From a virus (lineage: Duplodnaviria; Caudoviricetes), in IMG/VR virus record IMGVR_UViG_3300017763_005888, positions 1 through 29,702 of that record: DNA of 29,702 nucleotides; one strand, given 5' to 3'. The notes beneath the pieces were generated by a model. The model did no database searches and was not told the DNA's origin. It was given only the letters and a program-made list of their open reading frames with translations. Shown here one piece after another: positions 1 to 7,627 of this stretch. Made by a program: the position numbers and the translations under genes. The stretch's first letter is position 1. Each line of letters opens with the position of its first letter.

Positions 1-1143
1 AAGTTCCTTATAGTTTTATTATTAGTAGCATCCACCCTCTACGCAGAAAAGAAGTTCAAGCTAACTTCGTTCAGTAGAATATTCTACGACGATAATGTCT
101 TTATGAGGGCGGCTGGTACGCCCGATCAAACATCGACCTTTTACTTCAGCCAATCGCTGGGTATAGAAGGTAAATTTTTTAGAGACTTAATAAATTTAAA
201 AGCTCAACCAGAGATAAGACATAGAAGTGTTGATAATAAGACATTAATATTTGGCAACATTGGTATTAGAGGACAATACGAAATAACACCAAAACTCATT
301 CTCGAATCTTCTGATTCATTCTCTCATTTAGAAAGAGAACCAAGTGATATCGATGACGACCTAGACGTAACTTATTTTATGCATAAGAGTTCGTATTCGT
401 TGACGTGGAAACCTCGATATCTTTTAAAACTAAAAAGCGGTTATGAAAGCCATATCAAACGCTGGTCTGAAAACTTACCCGTAGGAGTTGGAAGTGAATT
501 AACTAATGGTGATTTTACTAAAAATGTATTTACGTTTGGCGCAGAACAAATTCTTGGCAAACGTTTTATTTTAGAAATGATTGGCAAAAAATCATTCTTA
601 GATTATAACGGAAGTCGTGGAGCAATTGATACCGATACGTATTATGCGCAATTTTCGTATATAATGAATCCATCAACTATTATAAAAATAAACTATGGCA
701 TAATCGATGCGTTAATAGAGGATCAATATGGTACACTAACTGAATATTCAACCCCTACATATGGTGCGAATATAACATACTTTACCGAAAAAGGTACGGT
801 AATTTTATTAGGCACTGTGTACGAAGTACTGGATTCATCTGTAGCGTATTGGAACATGAAGGAGAATTTAAAAACATCTCTTATGGTAAAATATCCAATC
901 ACGCCAAAACTTGAAGTAAACGTAATGGGCGCCCATCTTCTCACCTCATACAAAGATATTGGTAATCGGTATAATGCTGGACTAGAACGTGAAGAAGAGG
1001 TGTTTATGTCAAGTATAACTTTTGCTTGGAAGTATAACGAAAGCCACTATGCTGAAGTTGGTTACCAAGGCTTGCATCTATTGAACAAAGACGCCGATGT
1101 CTTTAAGAATAAAGTATTCGTTGGGTATCGCTGGAATTTTTAA
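1..1143 (+). CDS. Outer-membrane beta-barrel protein (BBP2/EpsL-like), 5' end just outside the window
   Basis: Frame 1 is open from base 1: KFLIVLLLVASTLYA|EKKFKLTSFSRIFYDDNVF reads as a signal peptide plus a YDDNVF motif. Alternating amphipathic beta-strands follow, and the C-terminus VGYRWNF is a BamA beta-signal. The ORF-track ATG at 103 is internal. Confidence 0.75.
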   Translation, partial: KFLIVLLLVASTLYAEKKFKLTSFSRIFYDDNVFMRAAGTPDQTSTFYFSQSLGIEGKFFRDLINLKAQPEIRHRSVDNKTLIFGNIGIRGQYEITPKLILESSDSFSHLEREPSDIDDDLDVTYFMHKSSYSLTWKPRYLLKLKSGYESHIKRWSENLPVGVGSELTNGDFTKNVFTFGAEQILGKRFILEMIGKKSFLDYNGSRGAIDTDTYYAQFSYIMNPSTIIKINYGIIDALIEDQYGTLTEYSTPTYGANITYFTEKGTVILLGTVYEVLDSSVAYWNMKENLKTSLMVKYPITPKLEVNVMGAHLLTSYKDIGNRYNAGLEREEEVFMSSITFAWKYNESHYAEVGYQGLHLLNKDADVFKNKVFVGYRWNF

Positions 1144-1328
1144 TTAGACCCACCAAAAGTTTCATAAATAATAAACTCTGGTTGATTTTGCTTCTCTTTA
1201 TATTGATTGGGAAAAACCGTTACGGGGTGTTTCTTGCCCTCTATTACTACATAGCCAGCTAAATATTTGCCATTTTTACCTTCTTTTTTCCAGAAAGCTC
1301 CCCTTTGTTGTTCGGTCCATTTACTCAT
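1140..1328 (-). CDS. Small DUF736-like protein
   Basis: GAFWKKEGKNGKYLAG ... NQYKEKQNQPEFIIY resembles DUF736-type small phage proteins. A sigma70-like promoter sits directly upstream. Confidence 0.55.
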   Translation of the reverse strand: MSKWTEQQRGAFWKKEGKNGKYLAGYVVIEGKKHPVTVFPNQYKEKQNQPEFIIYETFGGSN

Positions 1329-1333
1329 ATTTA

Positions 1334-1363
1334 AGAATATAAAGTAAATTTTTCAAAAGTCAA
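1334..1363 (-). promoter_or_regulatory. sigma70-like promoter, probably leaderless
   Basis: Minus strand reads TTGACT-N16-TATATT-N7-ATG (or N18-TATTCT-N5-ATG), with no Shine-Dalgarno. Confidence 0.5.
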
Positions 1364-2250
1364 GTTATATCTGCTTTAACCTCTAACCCTCCATAGGTCG
1401 AGCCGTACGATGCGCTGGCTGAAGCAGGAACATGGATTTCTGTAGCAGCTATATTTGAAAACGCATTTGAGCTTGTCAAGTTTGGGGGAGATGTGGCTAA
1501 GCAATTAATTGTAGATAAATTAGTGCAGTTAAAAAATGTTCTATCTCTAATTTCTGTTACCCCACTACCAATTGTAGCACTTGTTAATGCAGTGCATCCG
1601 TTAAATAGGTCATACCCAATAGTAGTTACAGAATTGGGTATGACAATACTTGTCAAAGATATACAACCACTAAATGCGCTATTTCCAATAAATGTCACTA
1701 AACTTGGAATTACAATGTTATTTAACCTTTTGCAGTTATTGAATACAGCTGAATTAATAATTTGCACTCCACTTGGAATTGTAATAGTTCTTAAATTAAG
1801 GCAATTATTAAACAAGCTTTGGTTCAGTAATATTAAACCACTAGGTAAATTTATGCTAGTAATATTTTTGCAAAAAGAGAAAGCAGAAAAATCTATATAT
1901 GTTATGCCATCATGAAGAACCATTCTGTTAATTCCGTCACATAACTCAAATGCTCTGCTTCCAATATAGGTGATGCTAGTTGGTACCGTGACACCACTTA
2001 TAAGATCATCATTACTAAATGCGCTATCTCCAATTGCCGTAACTGGTGAGCTGTTATGTGTTGATGGTATAGTTAAATAGCCTTTCAATATGGTGCCACT
2101 AACACCGCTTACAGTATAGTTTGAGCCATTTGATTGATAAGTAAGAAAACTTGTATCAGCCGCAATTTCATAAATTAAATCACCCGCAGAGTATACTGAA
2201 ATAGCATCTGAAACCCCTACTTTTATTGCATCTGCATTCGCTAAAATCAT
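1360..2250 (-). CDS. BspA-type (LRR_5) leucine-rich repeat protein, putative receptor-binding/fibre-tip protein
   Basis: About eight 23-aa repeats of the type IGxSAFxxCxxLTSIxIPxSVT. The N-terminal IKVGVSDAISVYSAGDLIY segment is typical of phage fibre-associated proteins. No signal peptide. Confidence 0.85.
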   Translation of the reverse strand: MILANADAIKVGVSDAISVYSAGDLIYEIAADTSFLTYQSNGSNYTVSGVSGTILKGYLTIPSTHNSSPVTAIGDSAFSNDDLISGVTVPTSITYIGSRAFELCDGINRMVLHDGITYIDFSAFSFCKNITSINLPSGLILLNQSLFNNCLNLRTITIPSGVQIINSAVFNNCKRLNNIVIPSLVTFIGNSAFSGCISLTSIVIPNSVTTIGYDLFNGCTALTSATIGSGVTEIRDRTFFNCTNLSTINCLATSPPNLTSSNAFSNIAATEIHVPASASASYGSTYGGLEVKADIT

Positions 2251-2260
2251 GAACTTTGGC

Positions 2261-3202
2261 TTAGTCTTTTATAATATAAAGAGTGTTAGCATCTACTTGG
2301 CTTGTATTCAATAAAGTGTTGTATGCAGACAAACCCATCTGCCTTATGGTAGTAATCGTATTGGCATCTGCTCTTACATTTTGAACTGGCGCTCCTGCGG
2401 AGGTGTTGGAGACTCTTGTAGCATCTCCCAAAGAGACAGATCTTATCGTGTTATTGTCATTTACATCAACGAACATTTCTGTGCCGTCGCGTCTGAACAT
2501 ACACATTTCTTTGGGTAATCTAATTGCTGGTTCTTTACCTTCATCGTTAATAGATATGCCAAATTGTGTTCCAGTATTGGGAAGTGTAAAAGCAACAAAT
2601 CCATCACCAGGATTGAAAGAATCACCCAAATTAGAACAACGAACGCCAGCGCCTCGACTATTCGATGAATTCCAAATACCAAATTCGGCGACATTTGTTG
2701 GAGTTCTAACATTTTTGCCGAAAGCGAAGGAATCGTTACCAGATGCAATGTTTTGAAATCCAACAGCAATTTGCCTTGATCCACTGGCGCAAACATTGCT
2801 TTGGCCAATGGCAAAAGAGTGATTTCCGCTTTTTATATGATTTGATTTACCAAATGCTTGAGAATAAATTGTAGCATCATCTGTTTTATTGCTAAATCCA
2901 TAAGTAAAAGACTTAGCGCCAGACTGTACGTTTAGTTTGCCAAATGAAAAACTTTCGCTAGAACCTACTACAAAGTCGTTATTAATTCCAACGCTAAAGG
3001 AATTTATCCCCTCCATACTAGAAAGTCCACCATCATTAACAAAATAATTGGAGCCATCTTTAATAAAAGCTCCAGCATGTTGGGCCTTCACCCTTTTAGT
3101 AACGCTTGTAGCCCCAGAATCGACTATAGGGAAGAAGTCACCGCCTAAGTCTATATCTGTGTAGGCTAATAAATCTAATTGTGATATTTTTTTGTCTGCC
3201 AT
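2261..3202 (-). CDS. Phage fibre protein with YadA-head-like repeats
   Basis: N-terminal MADKKISQL motif; about seven 14-16 aa repeats (SFSVGINN, SFSFGKLN, SFTYGFSN, SQAFGKSN, SFAIGQSN, QIAVGFQN, SFAFGKNV); C-terminal AYNTLL...DANTLYII fibre motif. Confidence 0.7.
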   Translation of the reverse strand: MADKKISQLDLLAYTDIDLGGDFFPIVDSGATSVTKRVKAQHAGAFIKDGSNYFVNDGGLSSMEGINSFSVGINNDFVVGSSESFSFGKLNVQSGAKSFTYGFSNKTDDATIYSQAFGKSNHIKSGNHSFAIGQSNVCASGSRQIAVGFQNIASGNDSFAFGKNVRTPTNVAEFGIWNSSNSRGAGVRCSNLGDSFNPGDGFVAFTLPNTGTQFGISINDEGKEPAIRLPKEMCMFRRDGTEMFVDVNDNNTIRSVSLGDATRVSNTSAGAPVQNVRADANTITTIRQMGLSAYNTLLNTSQVDANTLYIIKD

Positions 3203-3219
3203 TTTTATTATTTACACTA
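3203..3219 (-). promoter_or_regulatory. GTGTAA motif (candidate late promoter)
   Basis: Minus strand TAGTGTAAATAATAAAA-ATG. The same motif precedes four other start codons. Confidence 0.55.
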
Positions 3220-3570
3220 AAGATCCTGCTCAAGAACTAGATTAAATCCGTTTTCTTGTACTAATGTGCTAGAATTTTCTGTTAGTATATTATCTGGGAC
3301 ACTAGGAGAACTTACTGAACCTATAAAGCTTGTTAAATCTGTTGGTTTAAACCCAGCATCTACTGGAGAAGTTATCTTGCTCGAAAGATTAAATTGGCTA
3401 TATTTTCTATTTAATTCTTGAATCACTTTTGCATATGCATGAAAATGCTCAGAAATTGAATATTCGGAAGATAATGCGCCGATTCTGTTCGCATAATGAT
3501 TATTGGAAAAAAGAGTCACATTATGACTTGAATGTATTTCTTTTTCTAAGAGATGTATATTTTCAGCCAT
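3217..3570 (-). CDS. Hypothetical protein (paralog of 3572..3829) with C-terminal LxxENG peptide, putative virion protein
   Basis: About 48 of 84 positions identical to the upstream ORF by hand alignment, plus the extension SVSSPSVPDNILTENSSTLVQENGFNLVLEQDL. Confidence 0.7.
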   Translation of the reverse strand: MAENIHLLEKEIHSSHNVTLFSNNHYANRIGALSSEYSISEHFHAYAKVIQELNRKYSQFNLSSKITSPVDAGFKPTDLTSFIGSVSSPSVPDNILTENSSTLVQENGFNLVLEQDL

Positions 3571-3571
3571 A

Positions 3572-3829
3572 TTATGCCATAAAATTGGTTAAAGTTGTTG
3601 GTCTTAAACCAGCGTCAACTGGCTCGATAATCTTACTTGAAAGATTTAGTTGTTTATATTTTGTATTTAATTCTCGTATAACTTTTTGATAAGAGGCTAA
3701 ATGAGTGACTGTGTTGTAGGTGCTAGAGAGCCCTTTAATTCTATTTCTAAAAGAATCATCAGAAAATTCAGCAACATCACGCGCAGAGTGAATCTCTTTC
3801 TCTAAATCATGTATAGATTGCAAAGCCAT
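3572..3829 (-). CDS. Hypothetical protein (paralog of 3217..3570), putative virion protein
   Basis: Shares LEKEIHS, KVIxELN, NLSSKI and PVDAG with the next ORF. Preceded by the GTGTAA motif. Confidence 0.7.
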   Translation of the reverse strand: MALQSIHDLEKEIHSARDVAEFSDDSFRNRIKGLSSTYNTVTHLASYQKVIRELNTKYKQLNLSSKIIEPVDAGLRPTTLTNFMA

Positions 3830-3847
3830 ATAGTGTATTTTACACTA
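3830..3847 (-). promoter_or_regulatory. GTGTAA motif embedded in an inverted repeat
   Basis: TAGTGTA-TTT-TACACTA at 3831-3847; minus strand reads TAGTGTAAAATACACTAT-ATG. Confidence 0.55.
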
Positions 3848-3863
3848 AAATATCGATAAATAC

Positions 3864-4118
3864 TTAGATTTCCTCAAGCATATCAATATGATCTTCCTCT
3901 GTTATACTAAGAGCTGAGTCTATATGCATTAGCGCCTCCCAACCATCTGCATTTCCAGATCGTGAAAAGAATGCGATGTCATCAGCAACAAGAGATATAG
4001 AAGAGATATCGTCCCCATATTGCTCTAACAATGAATTATACTCTTTTAAAGCATCATCACCATCTTCTACTATGGGTTTTAAAATATTTTCGTTATTTTT
4101 TGTATAAATTAGTATCAT
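3864..4118 (-). CDS. Hypothetical acidic protein
   Basis: 84-aa ORF co-oriented with and overlapping the upstream gene; no family recognised. Confidence 0.6.
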   Translation of the reverse strand: MILIYTKNNENILKPIVEDGDDALKEYNSLLEQYGDDISSISLVADDIAFFSRSGNADGWEALMHIDSALSITEEDHIDMLEEI

Positions 4119-4479
4119 AAATTGATTTCCTCATTTCACTAACGGATTTTTTACTGAGTTCTTTTATATATTTTACACCAGCGTAATAAATATCAGTGGG
4201 ACTTAAGTGATTTTTGTATACACCAGCCTTTGGGTAGCTGATTTTATTGATTATTTCGCACTTTATGAAATCATTATTAAACAAAATTTCATTCAAAAAA
4301 TGGATTTCAGCTACGTCTGGAGTGACGGACATATATCCTTTGCCAAACTCTTTATGGTGAACAAAATACATTCCAGATTCAGTCTTGGATTCGTTGTAAA
4401 TGTTTATGGTAGGGAATCCCATTTTAGAGCTTAAACCCAAACCTTTGAAAACTTTACCAAATATAATATTTTTATTCAT
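4093..4479 (-). CDS. Riboflavin-kinase-like protein (short, divergent)
   Basis: GKVFKGLGLSSKMGFPTINI matches flavokinase GxVxxGxxxxxxLGFPTAN; SGMY matches GVY; AEIHFL matches EVHIL. Confidence 0.6.
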   Translation of the reverse strand: MNKNIIFGKVFKGLGLSSKMGFPTINIYNESKTESGMYFVHHKEFGKGYMSVTPDVAEIHFLNEILFNNDFIKCEIINKISYPKAGVYKNHLSPTDIYYAGVKYIKELSKKSVSEMRKSIYDTNLYKK

Positions 4480-5041
4480 TTATAATAAATTTTTTAAAAA
4501 TTCTCAATGCTGTTTTTAATTTGATCATTTTACCTCTGTATCCAGGAACAAAGCATATAGTCCATCGGGGTTCGTTTGTAGGGTTGTGTGTCGAATGTAA
4601 AACTCCAACATTTAGTAGACTGGGTTTATTTGTGTTTCTTTCAAAAACCAAAGTAGAATCTTCCTCTTTCGCCAAAAGGATTGGTTGGGTGCTATAATCA
4701 GCCTTAGGGTCTTGCCATCTATAAGTTTTATCTGAAGTCCACCATCTAACAGTTGCCTTTTCTGAACCCCAAGTCATATTTATTTTAACATGGTCATCTG
4801 GAGAGTCATCTTTATCATTGTAGTCATCTGTATGAATTGGAACACTGCCATTTGGGGGAGTGTAAAAGACTTCAGTTTTTAAACATTCTAAGCCAAGTTT
4901 TTTTAACCAAGATTCGATATTGGGGTCTTGATATTTTCCTCTCAAACTTATCTGTTCCCAGTTTTGTGGAGCCTCGTGTGTTATGGGCGGCCTGGCAATT
5001 TCAAAAGGCAGATTTAAGTATCTGTGGTAGATGTTATCCAT
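4472..5041 (-). CDS. Fe(II)/2OG-dependent oxygenase-like cupin
   Basis: PIHTD ... LHSTHN ... RWTI gives the HxD...H facial triad plus an Arg on the last strand. Confidence 0.7.
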   Translation of the reverse strand: MDNIYHRYLNLPFEIARPPITHEAPQNWEQISLRGKYQDPNIESWLKKLGLECLKTEVFYTPPNGSVPIHTDDYNDKDDSPDDHVKINMTWGSEKATVRWWTSDKTYRWQDPKADYSTQPILLAKEEDSTLVFERNTNKPSLLNVGVLHSTHNPTNEPRWTICFVPGYRGKMIKLKTALRIFKKFIINE

Positions 5042-5535
5042 TTTTTTACTTTTTGTTTTAAAATTGGGTATAATAATTTATGCTTATTTAAAGCAAACTC
5101 TATACTGAATATAGATCTGTTCCCTTCTATATTAAAGACTCCGTGAGGTATTTGATTATTAAATAAATAGAATTTGTTTGGTTTATATTTTAATTCTGTC
5201 AAATCAGAATAGTGAGAATGTCCTTCAAAAACTTTTTCTGAAAATAGTGTTACTGAATTTTTGTCCTCCAATAACACATTAACGCATACACCCCTACTAA
5301 CGTCTTGATGAAAATTATAAAGCATATTGGGTGGCATTTTTATGACGCCACAATTAAATTCGTATTCACTATATAGCCATTTTAAAAATGGATTGCGGTC
5401 TATGAGATCTTCTTGATTTAATACGGGATACGTATAAAACCCATTGTGATTAAATGGCTCTTGTTGAATTTGTAAGTCGTTGCTTTCAAAAGTTTGGTTT
5501 GGGATTTCTAAAAAATATTTATCAGTTTTATTCAT
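5014..5535 (-). CDS. Fe(II)/2OG-dependent oxygenase-like cupin
   Basis: NFHQD ... IPHGVFN ... RSIFS; paralogous to 5528..6076. Confidence 0.7.
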   Translation of the reverse strand: MNKTDKYFLEIPNQTFESNDLQIQQEPFNHNGFYTYPVLNQEDLIDRNPFLKWLYSEYEFNCGVIKMPPNMLYNFHQDVSRGVCVNVLLEDKNSVTLFSEKVFEGHSHYSDLTELKYKPNKFYLFNNQIPHGVFNIEGNRSIFSIEFALNKHKLLYPILKQKVKKWITSTTDT

Positions 5536-6076
5536 TTAAAAATTCAGTTTTAATTTTATTTTTAATTCTTTCGTAGGTTAAAAGCGGATAATCTAATTCA
5601 AACTCTACGCTAAATAAAAGCCTTTCTTTTTCAAAATTATAAACCGAGTGAGCTTTGCTAGTGTTAAATAAATAAATTTCATTTAAGTCGTAAGTGAACG
5701 GGACAATATCAGTCTGAAACTCCTCACCACCGTGAGACATTAAATTATTTAAATTATCTGTAAACAAAACAAAAGATGGAGAAGGTGTCACTAGGGCGTT
5801 AATACATACCCCTCGATTTGTTTTAGTTTTGCCCACATCAATATGCCAATCATAAATTTTATTTGGTTCCATTTTAATTAGACCGCAAGAGAACTTATAA
5901 TTTTCCGCCAACCATTCAAAGAATGGATTACCTTGAATGAATTTTTCTACATCAATCTGTTTCAAATAGAAGTGATAATACAAATGTTCATCATTATTTA
6001 CAAGGGGGATATCTACTAAATTTAAGGGTTTAGATGGTATTTTCCAAGCATATTTTTCATCTATTGGATAATTCAT
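5528..6076 (-). CDS. Fe(II)/2OG-dependent oxygenase-like cupin
   Basis: DWHID ... KAHSVYN ... RLLFS; shares NPFxxWL, CGxIKMxPN, RGVCxN and YLFN with 5014..5535. Confidence 0.7.
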   Translation of the reverse strand: MNYPIDEKYAWKIPSKPLNLVDIPLVNNDEHLYYHFYLKQIDVEKFIQGNPFFEWLAENYKFSCGLIKMEPNKIYDWHIDVGKTKTNRGVCINALVTPSPSFVLFTDNLNNLMSHGGEEFQTDIVPFTYDLNEIYLFNTSKAHSVYNFEKERLLFSVEFELDYPLLTYERIKNKIKTEFLNE

Positions 6077-6609
6077 GATTTATCTACGTTTAGCCCTATT
6101 GATATTCTATTTGTTTTCGAGCCGACACAATGCCAAAATGGTTTATCTCTTGAAACTACAAACTTTCTATGTTGCCAGCCCTTCTTATCCCAGTCAGTTA
6201 TTATCTCACCAGTTTCTGGGTCTCTGTACCTAAAGAAACTTTTTTTATCTTCTGCCGCCCAAGCAAAGTAGATTCTTTCGCCTTCGCAATTATTGTTTGT
6301 ATGCCAGCCGCAAAAAGCATCGGGAGGATACCAAAAAAAGCCAGAGTATTTTCTTTTAATTCCTGTTTCTTCCTCAAGCATTTCTTTGAGTTTAATTTGA
6401 TAGAATATTGAATTATTTAGAATTATGCGATTGTCGTTATGGTCAATAGAACCAGGTTTTGCTAAATCCCCATTAATCATGATTTGATTAAGCACCTCTT
6501 CAGAAAGAGTATAATCCATATCATATTTATTTGGAAAAAATTTATTAGTTTGATTTACTTTTTTAAATTCTTCTAGAATTTTGTCTAACTTTTTATATAT
6601 ATGTTTCAT
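6073..6609 (-). CDS. Cupin/2OG-oxygenase-like protein, HxN variant
   Basis: YPPDAFCGWHTNNN ... FWHCVGSKTNRISIG, a pattern seen in marine phage oxygenase-like proteins. Confidence 0.6.
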   Translation of the reverse strand: MKHIYKKLDKILEEFKKVNQTNKFFPNKYDMDYTLSEEVLNQIMINGDLAKPGSIDHNDNRIILNNSIFYQIKLKEMLEEETGIKRKYSGFFWYPPDAFCGWHTNNNCEGERIYFAWAAEDKKSFFRYRDPETGEIITDWDKKGWQHRKFVVSRDKPFWHCVGSKTNRISIGLNVDKS

Positions 6610-7097
6610 ATGTGGAAAATAACTTTTATTGGATCTCCCATTTTAACTGTTATATTATAAAACCTATGCAAGAATTTTAAATATCTTTCTGGGTCTTTCC
6701 TGTCTATGATAGTATGTATTTCATTGAATCCTAACTTTTTCATGTCACCGAACCCTTCAGTCGCGCCCTTTAATAATTTTACTCCATCGTACCTAAAGCT
6801 TTCAGATTTCATAATAAAAGGATTATAGCATATGCCGTCTTTTATTCTGAAACAGTAGAATCCACAAATTTTATTAGTCCCATCGTCAATATAGACAGTG
6901 TTGTATTGGCAGGACTCTATTAATTCCTTAGTTTTATTTCTAAAATACTTAATTTTTTGACTAAATGTTTTTAAAGTATTGGAATCAGCAAAATATTTTG
7001 TACCAACTTTTTTGTGAAATTTCATAAGTTCATGTGAAAGTTCATCTAAATGTTTGGGTTGATAATTTACCCTATGGCAGCTTTTACATATTATCAT
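6606..7097 (-). CDS. GNAT-fold-like protein
   Basis: VYIDDGTNKICGFYCF beta-hairpin and MKKLGFNEIHT resemble GNAT strands. The acetyl-CoA motif is not clearly conserved. Confidence 0.45.
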   Translation of the reverse strand: MIICKSCHRVNYQPKHLDELSHELMKFHKKVGTKYFADSNTLKTFSQKIKYFRNKTKELIESCQYNTVYIDDGTNKICGFYCFRIKDGICYNPFIMKSESFRYDGVKLLKGATEGFGDMKKLGFNEIHTIIDRKDPERYLKFLHRFYNITVKMGDPIKVIFHI

Positions 7098-7594
7098 TTT
7101 AAAAATTCTACATATACTCTACCGAAAGCGTCTGTTTGCATAACGTGAAGATTAAAAGTTCTTTTCATAAATTTTACATATGTATCAAACCTATCCCGTT
7201 TACCCAGAATCGCAAAGACCCGTTTGTCGCGGAATTCTTTTTTTAAGCCAAATAGTATTATATATTTAAATAACTTATTAAAAGGGACGTCTTCGTCTTT
7301 AAATATTAAAATAAGGTCAACCCCTTCTTTAACCACAACACTGTCACCGAAACAAGCATACCCAACAATTTGACCATTTTCATCATTTTCTACGACAAAA
7401 TGATACTTGTGGTCACTTATTAGTTTTTTAAGCTCTCCAGATAGGTATGGGTATAAGAAAATAGGGCTTTGATCTTTGCCCAAGCTATGGTAAAGACTAA
7501 CTTCAGCCTTGGCTTGAAACTTAATAAAAAGATGAAAAACGCTTTCAAAGTCTTTGGGTTCATATTTTCTATAAGAAATGTTTTCTAGCTTCAT
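7094..7594 (-). CDS. GNAT-fold-like protein (start revised to ATG at 7594)
   Basis: ISYRKYEPKDFESVFHL and HFVVENDENGQIVGYACF are typical GNAT N-terminal motifs. The ORF-track start at 7648 would overlap the divergent gpL gene. Confidence 0.55.
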   Translation of the reverse strand: MKLENISYRKYEPKDFESVFHLFIKFQAKAEVSLYHSLGKDQSPIFLYPYLSGELKKLISDHKYHFVVENDENGQIVGYACFGDSVVVKEGVDLILIFKDEDVPFNKLFKYIILFGLKKEFRDKRVFAILGKRDRFDTYVKFMKRTFNLHVMQTDAFGRVYVEFLK

Positions 7595-7613
7595 TTTAAT
7601 TTGTATGTTTTGG

Positions 7614-7627
7614 GTGTAATATAGTAC
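7614..7627 (+). promoter_or_regulatory. GTGTAA motif upstream of the tail-tip operon
   Basis: GTGTAATATAGTAC-ATG. Confidence 0.6.

Noticed and set aside
1493-2814. Antisense or alternate-frame ORFs 1493..1915, 2403..2756 and 2461..2814
   Set aside because: Shadows of the LRR and fibre genes; their periodicity mirrors the real repeats and they have no start signals.
1360-3202. Diversity-generating retroelement or CRISPR-like array behind the repeats
   Set aside because: The repeats are degenerate protein-level repeats; there is no reverse transcriptase, no adenine-specific TR/VR pair and no identical spaced DNA repeats.
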